Assembly: GCA_964035545.1 (NCBI GenBank)
Contig: CAXIUT010000103.1
Coordinates: 496,001 to 560,000, forward strand
Length of the DNA stretch: 64,000 nucleotides
Source of the DNA: Bugula neritina
Lineage: Eukaryota; Animalia; Bryozoa
Reading direction: 5' to 3'
Made by a program: the position numbers and the translations under genes. Positions 24,801 through 37,400 of this stretch are shown one piece after another; position 1 is the stretch's first letter, and every line of letters starts with the position of its first letter. The notes beneath the pieces are model-generated. The model was not told the origin of the DNA, searched no databases, and saw only the letters and a list, made by a program, of their open reading frames with translations.

Positions 24801-26700
24801 AAGGGCTATGTTTCATAGTCCTATATTCAGCTAGTACTTCTAACTAGAAAGAAATAACATTGCCGGAAAAGTTGAAGAGGTGAAGCACTGTAGAGTTATG
24901 GCAAGTTAGATTCTCTATATGATATTATTTATCTGTCAAGAAAATATTATATTATATTTTATTCTACTCACTAGTACCAACAATGAATATTTTATCATTG
25001 TTTATGGCAGTCGTGAATCTCAACAATGAATAATAATAATACGCATTGTCAATTTTCACAAAGTAGCAGTCTTCAGTCAGCCCTCTCTAGTTCAAGATGG
25101 GCATCACTATACACACAAGAGTTAAGAACTTTAATGAGTTCTGTCAGGTAACCAGCTCATGAAGTCTACACAGTTTGGTTGCAGACGTTTGCATTTGACA
25201 TTAGGACTAAAGTGTTCACTACATGGAGACTTCAACTTCAATTGTTAATCAACTTGTTTTGGATCTACTTGTCACATCTGGCTTACTCTCTCTGGTAGGT
25301 TTATTTCATTGACTTTCTAGACTGATTTTCTTAACTTTCTGAAGAGTTTGTTGTGATGCGAAATATATTGCCAAATATCTCATGGCAACGTGCCAATACA
25401 GTTAACACAGTAATTAAGCACTGGTGTCTTTGAAGCAGGCATCAAGTTATGCATAAAAATGTTCATCAAGTATCTAAACACATGCAAGTGATGAGTTTGG
25501 AGATATTATTTAAAACTACAAAAGTTTCCATGCCGCGTGTAAATCAAAAGTGGACAAGTGCTGCAAACACCTCTTTTCATAGAATGACTCATTTATTTCT
25601 CATATGTTTGCAAAGGCATCTAAAATTAGTTATTGCTCTAGCAAAATATAACACTGTGAAATGGCGCTGCAGATGAGCTTTCTCTTTTAATATGAAAACT
25701 GATGATTGAAGAGCAATATAGTCTACTAATAAAATGGGTTTCAGCAGTGACTCATCTCCACTACCTGTAAACTATAAAGCTTCAAATCTTATACTGTAGA
25801 CCCATGGGCCAACTCTAGAACAATAACACAATTCACATGAGTCAGGATTGCTGGTTGTTAGAGGGGACAGGGGGGCAGGAGAGGGGATGGGAAAATAAAA
25901 CATCTAAATTCAATAGTAAAAGCGGATGTACAATGCAAAGGTCTTCCAGCATCACGGGTATTTCCATAATAACTGCAAGGCGCAAACTTTTGCTGACGGA
26001 CAATCAGACAGAAAAACTCTTGCAAATAACAAAACTAATACTAGCCTGTGTCTGCTTCGTATAAACACCAAGAACAAAATTTTGGGAAAGATAACTCCCA
26101 ACACACCTATCTTGCAACTGGTGCTGGTGCAATGAAATTGAAGGGTTATGTTTCATAGTCATATATTCAGCTAGTTCTTCTAACTGCAAAGAAATAACAT
26201 TGCAGAAAAAGGTGAAGATGTGAAGCACTGTAGATTTATGGTAAGTTATAATATGCATTTGATATTATTTATCTGTCCAGAAAATAATATTATATTATAT
26301 TTTATTCTACTAAGTAGTACCAACAATGAATATTTTATCATTGTTTATGGCAGTCGTGAGTCTCAACAATGAATAATAATAATATGCATTGTCAATTTTC
26401 ACAAAGTAGCAGTCTTCAGTCAGCCCTCTCTAGTTCAAGATGGGCATCACTATACACACAAGAGTTAAGAACTTTAATGAGTCCAGTCAACTAACCAGCT
26501 CATGAAGTCTACACAGTTTGGTTGCAGACGTTTGCATTTGACATTAGGACTAAAGTGTTGACTACATGGAGATTTCAACTTCAATTGTTAATCAACTTGT
26601 TTTGGATCTACTTGTTACATCTGGCTTACTCTCTCTGGTAGGTTTATTTCATTAACTTTCTAGACTGATTTTCTTAACTTTCTGAAGAGTTTGTTGTGAT
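21885..26700 (+). repeat. Second 2-monomer higher-order duplication, period 2680 bp (~1.8 copies; ends approximate)
   Basis: gagttctgtc at ~22456/25136, ctacctgtaa at 23081/25761, identical variant ORFs at 23157/25837 and 23324/26004. Confidence 0.88.
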
Positions 26701-29027
26701 GCGAAATATATTACCAAATATCTCATGGCAACGTGCCAATAAATTTAACACAGTAATTAAGCACTGGTGTCTTTGAAGCAGGCATCAAGTTTTGCATAAA
26801 AAAATTTATCAAGTATCTAAACACATGCAAGTGATGAGTTTGGAGATATTATTTAAAACTACAAAAGTTTCCATGCCGCTTGTAAATCAAAAGTGGACAA
26901 TTGCTGCAAACACCTCTTTTCATAGAATGACTCAGTTATTTCTCATATAATTTCAAAGGCATCTAAAATTAGTTATTGCTCTAGCAAAATATAACACTGT
27001 GAAATGGCGCTGCAGATGAGCTTTCTCTTTTAATATGAAAACTGATGATTGAAGAGCAATATAGTCTACTAATAAAATGGGTTTCAGCAGTGACTCATCT
27101 CCACTGCCTGTAAACTATAAAGCTTCAAATCGTATACTGTAGACCCATGGGCCAACTCTAGAACAATAACACAATTCACATGAGTCAGGATTGCTGGTTG
27201 TTAGAGGGGACAGGGGGGCAGGAGAGGGGATGGGAAAATAAAACATCTAAATTCAATAGTAAAAGCGGATGTACAATGCAAAGGTCTTCCAGCATCACTG
27301 GTATTTCCATAATAGCTGCAAGGCGCAAACTTTTGCTGACGGACAATCAGACAGAAAAACTCTTGCAAATAACAAAACTAATATTAGCCTGTGTCTGCTT
27401 CGTATAAACACAAAGAACAAAATTTTGGGAAAGATAACTCCCAACACACCTATCTTGCAACTGGTGCTGGTGCAATGAAATTGAAGGGTTATGTTTCATA
27501 GTCATATATTCAGCTAGTACTTCTAACTGCAAAGAAATAACATTGCAGAAAAAGGTGAAGATGTGAAGCACTGTAGATTTATGGTAAGTTATAATATGCA
27601 TTTGATATTATTTATCTGTCCAGAAAATAATATTATATTATATTTTATTCTACTCAGTAGTACCAACAATGAATATTTTATCATTGTGTATGGCAGTCGT
27701 GAATTTCAACAATGAATAATAATAATATGCATTGTCAATTTTCACAAAGTAGCAGTCTTCAGTCAGCCCTCTCTGGTTCAAGATGGGCATCACTATACAC
27801 ACAAGAGTCAAGAACTTTAATGAGTCCTATCAGCTAACCAGCTCATGAAGTCTACACAGTTTGGTTGCAGACGTTTGCATTTGACATTAGGACTAAAGTG
27901 TTGACTACATGGAGATTTCAACTTCAATTGTTAATCAATTTGTTTTGGATCTACTTGTTACATCTGGCTTACTCTCTCTGGTAGGTTTATTTCATAAACT
28001 TTCTAGACTGATTTTCTTAACTATCTGAAGAGTTTGTTGTGATGCGAAATATTACCAAATATCTCATGGGAACGTGCCAATACATTTAACACAGTAACTA
28101 AGCACTGGTGTCTTTGAAGCAGGCATCAAGTTATGCATAAAAATTTTCATCAAGTATCTAAACGCATGCAAGTGATGAGTTTGGAGATATTATTTAAAAC
28201 TACAAAAGTTTCCATGCCGCTTGTAAATCAAAAGTGGACAATTGCTGCAAACACCTCTTTTCATAGAATGACTCAGTTATTTCTCATATGTTTGCAAAGG
28301 CATCTAAAATTAGTTATTGCTCTAGCAAAAATATAACACTGTGAAATGGCGCTGCAGATGAGCTTTCTCTTTTAATATGAAAACTGATGATTGAAGAGCA
28401 ATATAGTCTACTAATAAAATGGGTTTCAGCAGTGACTCATCTCCACTGCCTGTAAACTATAAAGCTTCAAATCGTATACTGTAGACCCATGGGCCAACTC
28501 TAGAACAATAACACAATTCACATGAGTCAGGATTGCTGGTTGTTAGAGGGGACAGGGGGGCAGGAGAGGGGATGGGAAAATAAAACATCTAAATTCAATA
28601 GTAAAAGCGGATGTACAATGCAAAGGTCTTCCAGCATCACTGGTATTTCCATAATAACTGCAAGGCGCAAACTTTTGCTGATGGACAATCAGACAGAAAA
28701 ACTCTTGCAAATTACAAAACTAATATTAGCCTGTGTCTGCTTCGTATAAACACCAAGAACAAAATTTTGGGAAAGATAACTCCCAACACACCTATCTTGC
28801 AACTGGTGCTGGTGCAATGAAATTGAAGGGTTTTGTTTCATAGTCATATATTCAGCTAGTACTTCTAACTGCAAAGAAATAACATTGCAGAAAAAGGTGA
28901 AGATGTGAAGCACTGTAGATTTATGGTAAGTTATAATATGCATTTGATATTATTTATCTGTCCAGAAAATAATATTATATTATATTTTACTCTACTCAGT
29001 AGTACCAACAATGAATATTTTATCATT

Positions 29028-29030
29028 GTG
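29028..29030. other. Inversion breakpoint with 3-bp microhomology (GTG)
   Basis: The forward monomer reads ...ttttatcattGTG|tatggcag and the reverse monomer reads ...aaatgaGTG|attctatgaaaagag. The observed junction is ...ttttatcattGTGattctatgaaaagag, with no inserted bases. Confidence 0.95.
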
Positions 29031-31410
29031 ATTCTATGAAAAGAGATGTTTGCAGCAATTGTCCACTTTTGATTTACAAGCAGCATGGAAACTTTTGTAG
29101 TTTTAAATAATATCTCCAAACTCATCACTTGCATGTGTTTATAGACTTGATAAATTTTTTTATGCAAACCTTGATGCCTGCTTCAAAGACACCAGTGCTT
29201 AATTACTGTGTTAACTGTATTGGCACGTTGCCATGAGATATTTCGTAATATTTCGCATCACAACAAACTCTTCAGAAAGTTAAGAAAATCAGTCTAGAAA
29301 GTTAATGAAATAAACCTACCAGAAAGAGTAAGCCAGATGTAACAAGTAGATCCAAAACAATTAGTTGATTAACAATTGAAGTTGAAATCTCCATGTAGTC
29401 AACACTTTAGTCCTAATGTCAAATGCAAACGTCTGCAATCAAACTGTGTAGACTTCATGAGCTGGTTAGCTGAAAGGACTCATTAAAGTTCTTAACTCTT
29501 GTGTGTATAGTGATGCCCATCTTGAACTAGAGAGGGCTGACTGAAGACTGCTACTTTGTGAAAATTGACAATGCATATTATTATTATTCATTGTTGAGAT
29601 TCACGACTGCCATAAACAATGATAAAATATTCATTGTTGGTACTACTGAGTAGAATAAAATATAATATAATATTATTTTCTGGACAAATAAATAATATCA
29701 AATGCATATTATAACTTACCATAAATCTACAGTGCTTCACATCTTCACCTTTTTCTGCAATGTTGATTCTTTGCAGTTAGAAGTACTAGTTGAAAATATG
29801 ACTATGAAACATAACCCTTCAATTTCATTGCACCAGCACCAGTTGCAAGATAGGTGTGTTGGGAGTTATCTTTCCCAAAATTTTGTTCTTGGTGTTTATA
29901 CGAAGCAGACACAGGCTAATATTAGTTTTGTTATTTGTAAGAGTTTTTCTGTCTGATTGTCCATCAGCAAAAGTTTGGCCTTGCAGTTATTATGGAAATA
30001 CCAGTGATGCTGGAAGACCTTTGCATTGTACACCCGCCTTTACTATTGAATTTAGATGTTTTATTTTCCAATCCCCTCTCCTGCCCCCCTGTCCCCTCTA
30101 ACAACCAGCAATCCTGACTCATGTGAATTGTGTTATTGTTCTAGAGTTGGCCCATGGGCCTACAGTATACGATTTGAAGCTTTATAGTTTACAGGCAGTG
30201 GAGATGAGTCACTGCTAAAACCCATTTTGTTAGTAGACTATATTGCTCTTCAATCATCAGTTTTCATATTAAAAGAGAAAGCTCATCTGCAGCGCCATTT
30301 CACAGTGTTATATTTTGCTAGAGCAAAAACTAATTTTAGATGCCTTTGCAAACATATGAGAAATAAATGAGTCATTCCATGAAAAGAGGTGTTTGCAGCA
30401 ATTGTCCACTTTTGATTTACAAGCGGCATGGAAACTTTTGTAGTTTTAAATAATATCTCCAAACTCATCACTTGCATGTGTTTAGATACTTGATAAATTT
30501 TTTTATGCAAAACTTGATGCCTGCTTCAAAGACACCAGTGCTTAATTACTGTGTTAACTGTATTGGCATGTTGCCATGAGATATTTGGTAATATTTCGCA
30601 TCACAACAAACTCTTCAGAAAGTTAAGAAAATCAGTCTAGAAAGTTAATGAAATAAACCTACCAGAAAGAGTAAGCCAGATGTAACAAGTAGATCCAAAA
30701 CAATTACTTGATTAACAATTGAAGTTGAAATCTCCATGTAGTCAACACTTTAGTCCTAATGTCAAATGCAAACGCCTGCAATCAAACTGTGTAGACTTCA
30801 TGAGCTGGTTAGCTGACAGGACTCATTAAAGTTCTTAACTCTTGTGTGTATAGTGATGCCCATCTTGAACTAGAGAGGGCTGACTGAAGACTGCTACTTT
30901 GTGAAAATTGACAATGCATATTATTATTATTCATTGTTGAGATTCACGACTGCCATAAACAATGATAAAATATTCATTGTTGGTACTACTGAGTAGAATA
31001 AAATATAATATAATATTATTTTCTGGACAAATAAATAATATCAAATGCATATTATAACTTACCATAAATCTACAGTGCTTCACATCTTCACTTTTTTCTG
31101 CAATGTTATTTCTTTGCAGTTAGAAGTACTAGTTGAAAATATGACTATGAAACATAACCCTTCAATTTCATTGCACCAGCACCAGTTGCAAGATAGGTGT
31201 GTTGGGAGTTATCTTTCCCAAAATTTTGTTCTTTGTGTTTATACGAAGCAGACACAGGCTAATATTAGTTTTGTTATTTGCAAGAGTTTTTCTGTCTGAT
31301 TGTCCATCAGCAAAAGTTTGGCCTTGCAGTTATTATGGAAATACCAGTGATGCTGGAAGACCTTTGCATTGTACACCCGCTTTTACTATTGAATTTAGAT
31401 GTTTTATTTT

Positions 31411-31440
31411 CCCATCCCCTCTCCTGCCCCCCCTGTCCCC
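31411..31440 (-). other. G-quadruplex-type motif, one per monomer (example; a + strand example is 4409-4438)
   Basis: The minus strand reads GGGG-ACA-GGGGGGG-CAGGAGA-GGGG-AT-GGG, fitting the four G3+ runs / 1-7 nt loop pattern. Folding is not shown. Confidence 0.6.
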
Positions 31441-34400
31441 TCTAACAACCAGCAATCCTGACTCATGTGAATTGTGTTATTGTGCTAGAGTTGGCCCATG
31501 GGCCTACAGTATACGATTTGAAGCTTTATAGTTTACAGGCAGTGGAGATGAGTCACTGCTAAAACCCATTTTGTTAGTAGACTATATTGCTCTTCAATCG
31601 TCAGTTTTCATATTAAAAGAGAAAGCTCATCTGCAGCGCCATTTCACAGTGTTTTATTTTGCTAGAGCAATAACTAATTTTAGATGCCTTTGCAAACATA
31701 TGAGAAATAAATGAGTGATTCTATGAAAAGAGATGTTTGCAGCAATTGTCCACTTTTGATTTACAAGCAGCATGGAAACTTTTGTAGTTTTAAATAATAT
31801 CTCCAAACTCATCACTTGCATGTGTTTATAGACTTGATAAATTTTTTTATGCAAACCTTGATGCCTGCTTCAAAGACACCAGTGCTTAATTACTGTGTTA
31901 ACTGTATTGGCACGTTGCCATGAGATATTTCGTAATATTTCGCATCACAACAAACTCTTCAGAAAGTTAAGAAAATCAGTCTAGAAAGTTAATGAAATAA
32001 ACCTACCAGAAAGAGTAAGCCAGATGTAACAAGTAGATCCAAAACAAGTTGATTAACAATTGAAGTTGAAATCTCCATGTAGTCAACACTTTAGTCCTAA
32101 TGTCAAATGCAAACGCCTGCAATCAAACTGTGTAGACTTCATGAGCTGGTTAGCTGACAGGACTCATTAAAGTTCTTAACTCTTGTGTGTATAGTGATGC
32201 CCATCTTGAACTAGAGAGGGCTGACTGAAGACTGCTACTTTGTGAAAATTGACAATGCATATTATTATTATTCATTGTTGAGATTCACGACTGCCATAAA
32301 CAATGATAAAATATTCATTGTTGGTACTACTGAGTAGAATAAAATATAATATAATATTATTTTCTGGACAAATAAATAATATCAAATGCATATTATAACT
32401 TACCATAAATCTACAGTGCTTCACATCTTCACTTTTTTCTGCAATGTTATTTCTTTGCAGTTAGAAGTACTAGTTGAAAATATGACTATGAAACATAACC
32501 CTTCAATTTCATTGCACCAGCACCAGTTGCAAGATAGGTGTGTTGGGAGTTATCTTTCCCAAAATTTTGTTCTTGGTGTTTATACGAAGCAGACACAGGC
32601 TAATATTAGTTTTGTTATTTGTAAGAGTTTTTCTGTCTGATTGTCCATCAGCAAAAGTTTGGCCTTGCAGTTATTATGGAAATACCAGTGATGCTGGAAG
32701 ACCTTTGCATTGTACACCCGCCTTTACTATTGAATTTAGATGTTTTATTTTCCCATCCCCTCTCCTGCCCCCTGTCCCCTCTAACAACCAGCAATCCTGA
32801 CTCATGTGAATTGTGTTATTGTTCTAGAGTTGGCCCATGGGCCTACAGTATACGATTTGAAGCTTTATAGTTTACAGGCAGTGGAGATGAGTCACTGCTA
32901 AAACCCATTTTGTTAGTAGACTATATTGCTCTTCAATCATCAGTTTTCATATTAAAAGGGAAAGCTCATCTGCAGCGCCATTTCACAGTGTTATATTTTG
33001 CTAGAGCAAAAACTAATTTTAGATGCCTTTGCAAACATATGAGAAATAAATGAGTCATTCCATGAAAAGAGGTGTTTGCAGCAATTGTCCACTTTTGATT
33101 TACAAGCGGCATGGAAACTTTTGTAGTTTTAAATAATATCTCCAAACTCATCACTTGCATGTGTTTAGATACTTGATAAATTTTTTTATGCAAAACTTGA
33201 TGCCTGCTTCAAAGACACCAGTGCTTAATTACTGTGTTAACTGTATTGGTATGTTGCCATGAGATATTTGGTAATATTTCGCATCACAACAAACTCTTCA
33301 GAAAGTTAAGAAAATCAGTCTAGAAAGTTAATGAAATAAACCTACCAGAAAGAGTAAGCCAGATGTAACAAGTAGATCCAAAACAAGTTGATTAACAATT
33401 GAAGTTGAAATCTCCATGTAGTCAACACTTTAGTCCTAATGTCAAATGCAAACGTCTGCAATCAAACTGTGTAGACTTCATGAGCTGGTTAGCTGAAAGG
33501 ACTCATTAAAGTTCTTAACTCTTGTGTGTATAGTGATGCCCATCTTGAACTAGAGAGGGCTGACTGAAGACTGCTACTTTGTGAAAATTGACAATGCATA
33601 TTATTATTATTCATTGTTGAGATTCACGACTGCCATAAACAATGATAAAATATTCATTGTTGGTACTACTGAGTAGAATAAAATATAATATAATATTATT
33701 TTCTGGACAAATAAATAATATCAAATGCATATTATAACTTACCATAAATCTACAGTGCTTCACATCTTCACTTTTTTCTGCAATGTTATTTCTTTGCAGT
33801 TAGAAGTACTAGTTGAAAATATGACTATGAAACATAACCCTTCAATTTCATTGCACCAGCACCAGTTGCAAGATAGGTGTGTTGGGAGTTATCTTTCCAA
33901 AAATTTTGTTCTTTGTGTTTATACGAAGCAGACACAGGCTAATATTAGTTTTGTTATTTGCAAGAGTTTTTCTGTCTGATTGTCCATCAGCACAAGTTTG
34001 GCCTTGCAGTTATTATGGAAATACCAGTGATGCTGGAAGACCTTTGCATTGTACACCCGCCTTTACTATTGAATTTAGATGTTTTATTTTCCCATCCCCT
34101 CTCCTGCCCCCCTGTCCCCTCTAACAACCAGCAATCCTGACTCATGTGAATTGTGTTATTGTTCTAGAGTTGGCCCATGGGCCTACAGTATACGATTTGA
34201 AGCTTTATAGTTTACAGGCAGTGGAGATGAGTCACTGCTAAAACCCATTTTATTAGTAGACTATATTGCTCTTCAATCATCAGTTTTCATATTAAAAGAG
34301 AAAGCTCATCTGCAGCGCCATTTCACAGTGTTATATTTTGCTAGAGCAAAAACTAATTTTAGATGCCTTTGCAAACATATGAGAAATAAATGAGTCATTC

Positions 34401-37400
34401 CATGAAAAGAGGTGTTTGCAGCAATTGTCCACTTTTGATTTACAAGCGGCATGGAAACTTTTGTAGTTTTAAATAATATCTCCAAACTCATCACTTGCAT
34501 GTGTTTAGATACTTGATAAATTTTTTTATGCAAAACTTGATGCCTGCTTCAAAGACACCAGTGCTTAATTACTGTGTTAACTGTATTGGCATGTTGCCAT
34601 GAGATATTTGGTAATATTTCGCATCACAACAAACTCTTCAGAAAGTTAAGAAAATCAGTCTAGAAAGTTAATGAAATAAACCTACCAGAAAGAGTAAGCC
34701 AGATGTAACAAGTAGATCCAAAACAATTAGTTGATTAACAATTGAAGTTGAAATCTCCATGTAGTCAACACTTTAGTCCTAGTGTCAAATGCAAACGCCT
34801 GCAATCAAACTGTGTAGACTTCATGAGCTGGTTAGCTGACAGGACTCATTAAAGTTCTTAACTCTTGTGTGTATAGTGATGCCCATCTTGAACTAGAGAG
34901 GGCTGACTGAAGACTGCTACTTTGTGAAAATTGACAATGCATATTATTATTATTCATTGTTGAGATTCACGACTGCCATAAACAATGATAAAATATTCAT
35001 TGTTGGTACTACTGAGTAGAATAAAATATAATATAATATTATTTTCTGGACAAATAAATAATATCAAATGCATATTATAACTTACCATAAATCTACAGTG
35101 CTTCACATCTTCACTTTTTTCTGCAATGTTATTTCTTTGCAGTTAGAAGTACTAGTTGAAAATATGACTATGAAACATAACCCTTCAATTTCATTGCACC
35201 AGCACCAGTTGCAAGATAGGTGTGTTGGGAGTTATCTTTCCCAAAATTTTGTTCTTTGTGTTTATACGAAGCAGACACAGGCTAATATTAGTTTTGTTAT
35301 TTGCAAGAGTTTTTCTGTCTGATTGTCCATCAGCAAAAGTTTGGCCTTGCAGTTATTATGGAAATACCAGTGATGCTGGAAGACCTTTGCATTGTACACC
35401 CGCTTTTACTTTTGAATTTAGATGTTTTATTTTCCCATCCCCTCTCCTGCCCCCCCTGTCCCCTCTAACAACCAGCAATCCTGACTCATGTGAATTGTGT
35501 TATTGTGCTAGAGTTGGCCCATGGGCCTACAGTATACGATTTGAAGCTTTATAGTTTACAGGCAGTGGAGATGAGTCACTGCTAAAACCCATTTTGTTAG
35601 TAGACTATATTGCTCTTCAATCATCAGTTTTCATATTAAAAGAGAAAGCTCATCTGCAGCGCCATTTCACAGTGTTTTATTTTGCTAGAGCAATAACTAA
35701 TTTTAGATGCCTTTGCAAACATATGAGAAATAAATGAGTGATTCTATGAAAAGAGGTGTTTGCAGCAATTGTCCACTTTTGATTTACAAGCGGCATGGAA
35801 ACTTTTGTAGTTTTAAATAATATCTCCAAACTCATCACTTGCATGTGTTTAGATACTTGATAAATTTTTTTATGCAAAACTTGATGCCTGCTTCAAAGAC
35901 ACCAGTGCTTAATTACTGTGTTAACTGTATTGGCATGTTGCCATGAGATATTTGGTAATATTTCGCATCACAACAAACTCTTCAGAAAGTTAAGAAAATC
36001 AGTCTAGAAAGTTAATGAAATAAACCTACCAGAAAGAGTAAGCCAGATGTAACAAGTAGATCCAAAACAATTAGTTGATTAACAATTGAAGTTGAAATCT
36101 CCATGTAGTCAACACTTTAGTCCTAGTGTCAAATGCAAACGCCTGCAATCAAACTGTGTAGACTTCATGAGCTGGTTAGCTGACAGGACTCATTAAAGTT
36201 CTTAACTCTTGTGTGTATAGTGATGCCCATCTTGAACTAGAGAGGGCTGACTGAAGACTGCTACTTTGTGAAAATTGACAATGCATATTATTATTATTCA
36301 TTGTTGAGATTCACGACTGCCATAAACAATGATAAAATATTCATTGTTGGTACTACTGAGTAGAATAAAATATAATATAATATTATTTTCTGGACAAATA
36401 AATAATATCAAATGCATATTATAACTTACCATAAATCTACAGTGCTTCACATCTTCACTTTTTTCTGCAATGTTATTTCTTTGCAGTTAGAAGTACTAGT
36501 TGAAAATATGACTATGAAACATAACCCTTCAATTTCATTGCACCAGCACCAGTTGCAAGATAGGTGTGTTGGGAGTTATCTTTCCCAAAATTTTGTTCTT
36601 TGTGTTTATACGAAGCAGACACAGGCTAATATTAGTTTTGTTATTTGCAAGAGTTTTTCTGTCTGATTGTCCATCAGCAAAAGTTTGGCCTTGCAGTTAT
36701 TATGGAAATACCAGTGATGCTGGAAGACCTTTGCATTGTACACCCGCCTTTACTATTGAATTTAGATGTTTTATTTTCCCATCCCCTCTCCTGCCCCCCT
36801 GTCCCCTCTAACAACCAGCAATCCTGACTCATGTGAATTGTGTTATTGTTCTAGAGTTGGCCCATGGGCCTACAGTATACGATTTGAAGCTTTATAGTTT
36901 ACAGGCAGTGGAGATGAGTCACTGCTAAAACCCATTTTGTTAGTAGACTATATTGCTCTTCAATCATCAGTTTTCATATTAAAAGAGAAAGCTCATCTGC
37001 AGCGCCATTTCACAGTGTTATATTTTGCTAGAGCAAAAACTAATTTTAGATGCCTTTGCAAACATATGAGAAATAAATGAGTCATTCCATGAAAAGAGGT
37101 GTTTGCAGCAATTGTCCACTTTTGATTTACAAGCGGCATGGAAACTTTTGTAGTTTTAAATAATATCTCCAAACTCATCACTTGCATGTGTTTATAGATA
37201 CTTGATAAAGTTTTTTATGCAAAACTTGATGCCTGCTTCAAAGACACCAGTGCTTAATTACTGTGTTAACTGTATTGGCACGTTGCCATGAGATATTTGG
37301 TAATATTTCGCATCACAACAAACTCTTCAGAAAGTTAAGAAAATCAGTCTAGAAAGTTAATGAAATAAACCTACCAGAAAGAGTAAGCCAGATGTAACAA

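Larger units (their letters stand above)
1..29030 (+). repeat. Tandem macrosatellite array, left arm (~21.6 copies of a ~1342 bp monomer; orientation arbitrarily called +); continues beyond the window start
   Basis: The same anchor (ORF MHK..MQVMSLEILF) recurs at 1311, 2653, 3995, 5337, 6676, 8018, 9360, 10702, 12041, 13383, 14721, 16063, 17401, 18743, 20083, 21425, 22769, 24110, 25449, ~26792 and 28133. Spacing is 1338-1344 bp and the sequence between anchors is near-identical. Confidence 0.99.

Noticed and set aside
29028-29030. Inversion as a simple fold-back sequencing chimera
   Set aside because: The arms are out of phase and carry different fixed variants, so one is not a copy of the other. 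A mis-join cannot be fully excluded without reads.
28931-29167. Unique 78 aa ORF across the junction
   Set aside because: It is a chance in-frame fusion of two monomer segments created by the inversion.
30158-30180. gcctacagtatacgatttgaagc loosely resembles the 5' end of 5S rRNA
   Set aside because: The downstream sequence lacks the 5S internal control boxes and 3' half. I also found no recognisable U1/U2/U4/U5/U6 snRNA or tRNA. An Infernal/Rfam scan would settle this.
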